Part shown: one piece after another, positions 58,251 to 64,000 of the stretch
How the letters are laid out: every line of letters starts with the position of its first letter
Position numbering within the stretch: the first letter of the stretch is position 1
Assembly (NCBI RefSeq): GCF_009914755.1
Contig: NC_060936.1
Strand: one strand, 5' to 3'
Length of the DNA: 64,000 nt
Origin: the human T2T-CHM13v2.0 reference genome, Homo sapiens
Notes under the pieces: model-generated
Seen by the model: only the letters and a program-made list of their open reading frames with translations
Databases searched by the model: none
What the model was told of the DNA's origin: nothing
Position numbers and translations under genes: made by a program

Positions 58251-60690
58251 CTTCCCCATCGTGCAGGGCTGCCTTGACTCAATATGAAACTCATCTTGCA
58301 AACTATGCTCACTCAGCAATCATGTATGTGGTTGCTGCTCTGTTTCAGGCATTGTGATTCTGCTAGGACTACAATTCAATGCCCTCAGGGAGCTTACCTT
58401 CTAATTGGAAATGTTTTATGTCACCCTATGGTTACCCATTTCAAATCAGGCAGCAGAGTATTTCGAAAACCTTTCATTTCATGCAGTGAGTCCAACACAA
58501 GGCAGAGTGGACAGTGGTGCCATGAGAATAGAGAATTTGTGGTAAGAGAAAGGTTAAGAAAAGCCAGCAAGGAGTGATAGGTAAAAGGAGATAGGAAGAG
58601 AAGAGCTTCTGGGTGGCCCCAGGAAGTCTCTAAAAATAAATAGAGGACCTATGAAATTTCTTTACATGCTGATAGATCTCTATCTGTTTGTTTCATATGC
58701 ATGAAAATTATCACTTTAGTTCCTGGTTGGATGTGGAAAAGACACTCCTATTCGGTTAATAGAGAAGGTACGTGGAGATGAGGCTGAGAGTGAAGTAAGA
58801 AAATTCAAGACAGAATTATAAGAAATAGTATGCATGTCTTCAAAAGCAGTTCCCAGTGCAAGAGTACATTGATGAGACTGATTCTGCCAGACACATATGA
58901 AAGAATGCCAATGGTGCACAGGAATATCAAGCATCACAAGAACTTGCATGCAAACTGCAGTCTACTCCTGATAGTATACATCAAACAACGTCAGCTCTTA
59001 GTAGTCCTGAATTACACCGGTACATCTAGGCAGACATCGGATTTTGCCATAGTTCCTAAACCAGAATAGGGATGAGCCAGCAACTATGGAAGGTATAAAC
59101 CTGCCACAATGGAGGATTAAATCCAAAGTTTAGTGAGAGGTGCCATCTAGGAAACACACTGTCAAAAGTATGAACATCTTTTTCTTTTCCTCTCACAAAC
59201 GTAAGTTTGTCAGTCTTTTTAAGTAGAGACATTGAAGCAACCCGTGCTCACTCTTCAGGAAAAAATTATGCCAAAAGCTTCACAGTAAGCAGTCCTTATC
59301 CTGGGCACAGATTCCCTAGAGGAGTCCCTTGTCTGAGGAATGTGTCAAAAATTAGCTCTCTTTTCCTGCCTCCCATCCTCCTTGGATTCCAAAGTTGTCC
59401 CAGTGCCAGTTTCCCACAGTACAACACAGAGAACCACCTAAAAATCTGGGTCAAAATATTAGGGGTCCCAGGAATCCTACTGAAACTCACAGGCTAAGTG
59501 GGCGTCTTCTTGTATCCAAAAAGAAAGCTTCCTTGCATACACAAAAGTATTGCTCTCAATCACAATCCTGATTACCAGTCTGACTGAGTCTAAATGACGT
59601 GGTCTTCATCCTCCACCACAACCGCCTCCCCGCCGACTCTGGCCCAAAAAAATAGCAACAACTCAATTCTCAGTCCAATAACGTCTTTTCTCAGATGTTG
59701 TTCTCCCAGTGGGTAGAAGAATGAACTACTGCAATGCCACCAGCTCCTCTACAGTTTCTTTTAATTTAAAGTTACAACAGGAGGGAAGAAAAGAGACTTT
59801 CTATTAAGGGACAACTCCCTGAAGGGGCTCTTAGCTGACAATCGAAGGACTGCTCATGGCAGTGATCAAATCTAAGGCAACAAAGTGCTGGTGGCTCTGC
59901 GACTCATCACAGCAGGAGCTCGCGCTGAGGGCCACTTGAGTTCAGTGCTTTGTGGTGCTGCAAGTTGGTTTAGGAACAGTAACACAGGGGAGCAAAGACT
60001 TGCAAGGTGTTTGAGGCTCAAGATAAAATGCAGACTTCCAGTGCGTTGCTACTCAACTGAATAGAAAGCCTAGAGAGGTAAGGAAATGAAGAGAGTTCTG
60101 TCTCATGCTTTAGGGCCAATTACCTAAAGATGGTCAAGGTCAGTTGGTATAGCTGGTGTACGGTTTATACTCTGATAAAAAATAAGGATTAATGGAAGAT
60201 AAATGAACCAAGCTATTTTTAAATGATAAGCATTAAAGATGTTTGCTTGCATAAACAATGCCTTCCAATTATATGAAATATCCATTATTTAAATATATTT
60301 ACAATCACCTGATAAAATTCATCTATAGCTTTCAGATGCATTTTGTGAGTACATCGAAAAGAGTGTAAAATACATCGGGCATTTCCTCCATGCCACAAAC
60401 AGTACAATGGACTTAGAGATGATCTCGTATAACCTAATTTAATCCCAATTAGTGAGGTGATACTGCCATTACACTCATTTTGCAATTGAGGAAAACAAAG
60501 CTCAAAGAAACTCAAAACTCAAAGAGACCTCAAAGAAATTGCCAGGTCTCATGTGTGTGAGTGTGTGTGTGTGACAGAGAGACAGAAAAAGACAGAGTCC
60601 AAAGCAAGTGTCCAAAGCAAGTGAAGTACTACTAAACTGGGCTATACTGCCAAACCACAGCTATACCATTCAGATCTCCTGTTTTGAGAG

Positions 60691-61062
60691 TGTAACTGAC
60701 TTACTTCCCCAACTGCTTCCCCTATGGCTCTAGCACCACTTAGGCACGGAGGCCATGCTTCCTGTAGCTGCTCCCAGCCAATGACTGACAGTGAGGAATG
60801 CTGATACAGGCCATTCTTTCAAGATAGGTGACTCTTCCAATGGCTGACTCTTATTTGCCTAGCCAAACCTTTCATAGGCTGCACTATAGTCAAGCTTCTT
60901 CCTACTCAATCGTCTTCCCTTGCCCCTCTCCTTGCATAAGTGTCAAACTTGCCTCATAGTCAAAAGGCTCTCCCGGCCTTGTCCTGCCCTCTCCCCTAAT
61001 AAACTTCTTACAGGTCTAATCCCATCTTGGCAACTGCTTCTTCAGGAACCCCAATTAATGCA
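60691..61062 (+). mobile_element. LTR16-family (ERVL) solo LTR
   Basis: TG..CA ends; ctgctcccagccaatgactga; cccctaataaacttctt..atcccatcttggcaactgcttcttcaggaacc. Confidence 0.7.
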
Positions 61063-61792
61063 AGAAAATACATTTATTTTCTGTTTTAAGAAGACTTTCC
61101 TTTATCTTTGCTTAGTTGTACTGATAGACAAATTCTGTTTCATTGGGAAGAGAAAATAACAACTAATTTCTCCATGTTACTTTACATCACCTCTTCAAAT
61201 CAGGCAATGGTATGTTTATGGTGCCTTTCTCCTTGCACCCAATTTAAATAAACAAACCAACCTACAAGTTTCTCTTTGAAGGACTGTTGACTCCAGAGAG
61301 CAAAACATTGAAAACTCAGATGGATTTCTTTTTCCACACGGACTTTCTGTTTATCCACAGGTACTATAACTTAATATAATGCAGAGGTGAATGACTATCA
61401 AACGATTAAATCTCAATAAATTTTCACTAGTTCATATTTGCTAACAGGAAATCAAAAAGATAACAAGAGGAAAAATCTACAGAATTAGGTCCTAAAGTTT
61501 TTATTTATCCTTACCTATTATGTAGGGTAAAAATGTTAATTACTGAAGGAGCACTTATATGAATAAAAGATAGAATTCACACTTGCACCAAATACAGCAC
61601 CTTAATAAAACCACATTGTCAGAGATCATATACAGACCACTGAATCACTATTTTAAAGTGTTGATCTCAGCCTCAAGAAAGTGATACATTTTTTCTTTTT
61701 AGACTCAAATAAGTTCAAAGTAAGTACAAAATGAAACTTCAAACGTTATTAATGATCAGAACCTAGACTCGACTGGGAGAGAGAGCTGAGTG

Positions 61793-61911
61793 TAGCTAAC
61801 ATTTATTGAGCACCTAGTTCATGACAGACACTATGCTAGGCATTTCACACGTAGTATCTAACATAATCCAAACAATACCCCTATAAGAAAGGGCATCATA
61901 ATTTGCAGTTT
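61793..61911 (-). mobile_element. MIR (host of the following Alu)
   Basis: tagctaacatttattgagcacctag..cagacactatgctaggcatttcacac. Confidence 0.7.
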
Positions 61912-61924
61912 AAGAGGTTAAGAA

Positions 61925-62250
61925 GGCCAGGCACGGTGGCTCACGCTTGTAATCCCAGCACTTTGGGAGGCTGAGGTGGAGGATCACGAGGTCAGGAGAT
62001 CGAGACCACTCTGACCAACATAGTGAAACCCCACCTCTACTAAAAATACAAAAATTAGCTGGGTGTGGCCGCGCATGCCTGCAATCCCAGCTACTCCAGA
62101 GGCTGAGGCACAAGAATCCCTTGAACCCAGGAGGCGGAGGGTTCAACATCCCTCCGCCTGTGGACCAACATAGCGCCACTGCACTCCAGCCTGGTGGCAG
62201 AGCAAGACTTCATTTCAAAAAAAAAAAAAAAGAAAGAAAGAAAGAAAAAA
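61925..62250 (+). mobile_element. AluS (Sg/Sc-like) with templated inverted insertion
   Basis: ggatcacgaggtcaggagatcgagacc; A/GAAA tail; TSD aagaggttaagaa (61912-61924 / 62250-62262). Confidence 0.93.
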
Positions 62251-63054
62251 AGAGGTTAAGAAAAAAAAGGAGGTAGAACCCTGTAAGTTCAGATCTCTAA
62301 ATAACGCTTTGGATGAATCACAGACCTACAAATGAGATAGCCTTTCTCCTCTCCTGATTCCTTCCTGAATTCCCTCACTTCCAACAGTTTAATTGGTGTT
62401 GAAGTAAGAAAAAATGTCTTAAGCTACCAGAGAATACAAACTGCGTATCAAACTAAAGTCCGCTCATCCCTATGACTACTGTATTATTTTTAAGCTATGT
62501 ACATAGGATATCATAAAAACATACAGTAGTTGAATGACATGTAGCTGAGCATCAGAGATACAATCAGGTCTTTGTTTTGGGGTGTTTTGTTTTTACTTAT
62601 AATGAACTTTAAGAAATAGAAAATGAATGGACTTATACTTGTAGAATTCAATGCCACCATCACTAGTACTCCCCAAGATACATTTTTATGGCTCAATTTT
62701 GAAGGATGGTTATTTAATGGTTATTTACATGCATTCAAATTTTTCCTAATTTTGTCAATATGCTGCCCCTACTGAATGTTATCCTTAATTGCAAGTAAAA
62801 TCATTAGTTGCCTATAAGGTATGATTTGAGTAGTCCTGAAAAAGTCCTCATGCATGTAAATATTTCCTCCTGGCAGCTTTCCTTGTTACCTGTAATTGCA
62901 ACAAGTTTATCTCTATGGAATTAGACGATCATAATAAACTGCCAAAATAACAGTAATATCATCTAGTTTGAGAATTAAACCATAATGAACTATTAGCAAC
63001 TTTAAAATAATTAGCTTATGAGCCAGAGGTTAAATGGGGCAAATGAGGCAGGAA

Positions 63055-63235
63055 TTCAGAAGGGCCCATCAAAGCAAAATGGACTGTCAAGGGCCCATCC
63101 TGAAGGTCAGGGTCCTCGCTGGTAAAGCCTTCAAAAGTCCCGTGTAGGCAGATAAAGGAGCAGGGCTTTGGAGGAAACAACCCCCCGCGAAATTCCGCTA
63201 ACTCATAGTTAGCCTACCTTTGACCCTGACTCAAT
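63055..63235. promoter_or_regulatory. Candidate enhancer (TCF/LEF, nuclear-receptor, GATA, AP-1 motifs)
   Basis: ATCAAAG 63068-63074, TGAAGGTCA 63101-63109, AGATAA 63150-63155, DR1-like ctacctttgaccc 63214-63226 abutting TGACTCA 63227-63233; locally GC/CpG richer. Confidence 0.35.
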
Positions 63236-64000
63236 TTTAAAGACAAGGAAATTGAATTTGGTAAAATTTATTAAATAGTCCTACAGAAATGTCCCCATAT
63301 GGCCTGGCTAAAACAAACTAAAAGTGCCTGATTGTCTGCCCTTCTACTGAGCCTTAAGCACTCCATTTCTCCCCTCTTAAATATCAAAATTCATTATATT
63401 TAAGCAAAAGGTTAGATCTTTGCTTCATATTTTTAAAAACTTCACTTTACTCCTTTATTAATGGCAACTTTTCATGCAAACGAACTCTTGGTTAATTTAA
63501 GATCTTGAAATTACTTCTCCACATCAGAAATCCCTCTCATAAATATTAGGTATGAGTGATTATTTACGTTACATCACACACACAAAGTAAACAACAAAGA
63601 CCCCACTCACATTTGAGAATCATTTACTATTCCAACTCCCCAAGCTCCCCCAAATGGGAAATGGAATAACCAGACTGATCATAATTGGATTAAGAACCAT
63701 AATTCTTTAATTCATTCATCAAATTGAGGCATTTGGAACAGTTTATTTACAGAGTTGTTTAGACAGTTTTGTGTGGTGTTTTTTAAGATAAACCAAAATG
63801 CCTTTCTGAAATAAGTTTCAGATCCCAAATCATTAACATATGAAAACCAAATGCAGACAATTTACAAATGGGTGTTTTAAAACAATGTTTGGAACAAAAT
63901 TGGACTTTTATTTCATTAACTATCTACAAATCTAAGTTCAGGATATAGTTTATTTGAAACAGCCAAGCACTTTCTTCGCCTTTAAAATAAATCTTCATTT

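Noticed and set aside
60500-60623. Short repeated units (ctcaaagaaa x4 degenerate; gtccaaagcaagt x2) superficially like an array
   Set aside because: Ordinary slippage duplications without unique spacers; not CRISPR-like, and the context is eukaryotic.

Overview
This is AT-rich, CpG-depleted primate nuclear DNA, almost certainly human because it carries an intact AluYb8 with the diagnostic 7-bp duplication. I find no credible protein-coding ORF, RNA gene, CpG island or CRISPR-like array. All ORFs in the supplied track (132 aa or shorter) are Alu/L1/L3 read-through or chance. The window is a mosaic of interspersed repeats: about 18 Alus or Alu pieces (J, S, Y, Yb8), three L1PA 3' ends, one ~5.7 kb decayed L1M carrying nested Alu and MLT2 insertions, L1MC/L1ME/HAL1 pieces, L2, MIR, L3/CR1, two LTR16-type solo LTRs, and MER47B, MER5, MARNA and Tigger15a DNA transposons. 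Unique stretches lie between them. All annotated L1/LTR elements face + and the + strand looks A-rich, which fits one large intron of a minus-strand gene that I cannot name. The best leads are: a nuclear-receptor enhancer candidate (two DR1 + GRE + AP-1) at ~43.1-43.3 kb next to a strong minus-strand splice donor; homeodomain-motif-dense enhancer candidates; a few candidate cryptic exons; a young, possibly polymorphic AluYb8; and three separate templated inverted (fold-back) rearrangements inside repeats. I do not see evidence for a new biological system. Repeat subfamily names come from recalled consensus features, and boundaries of old repeats are approximate.
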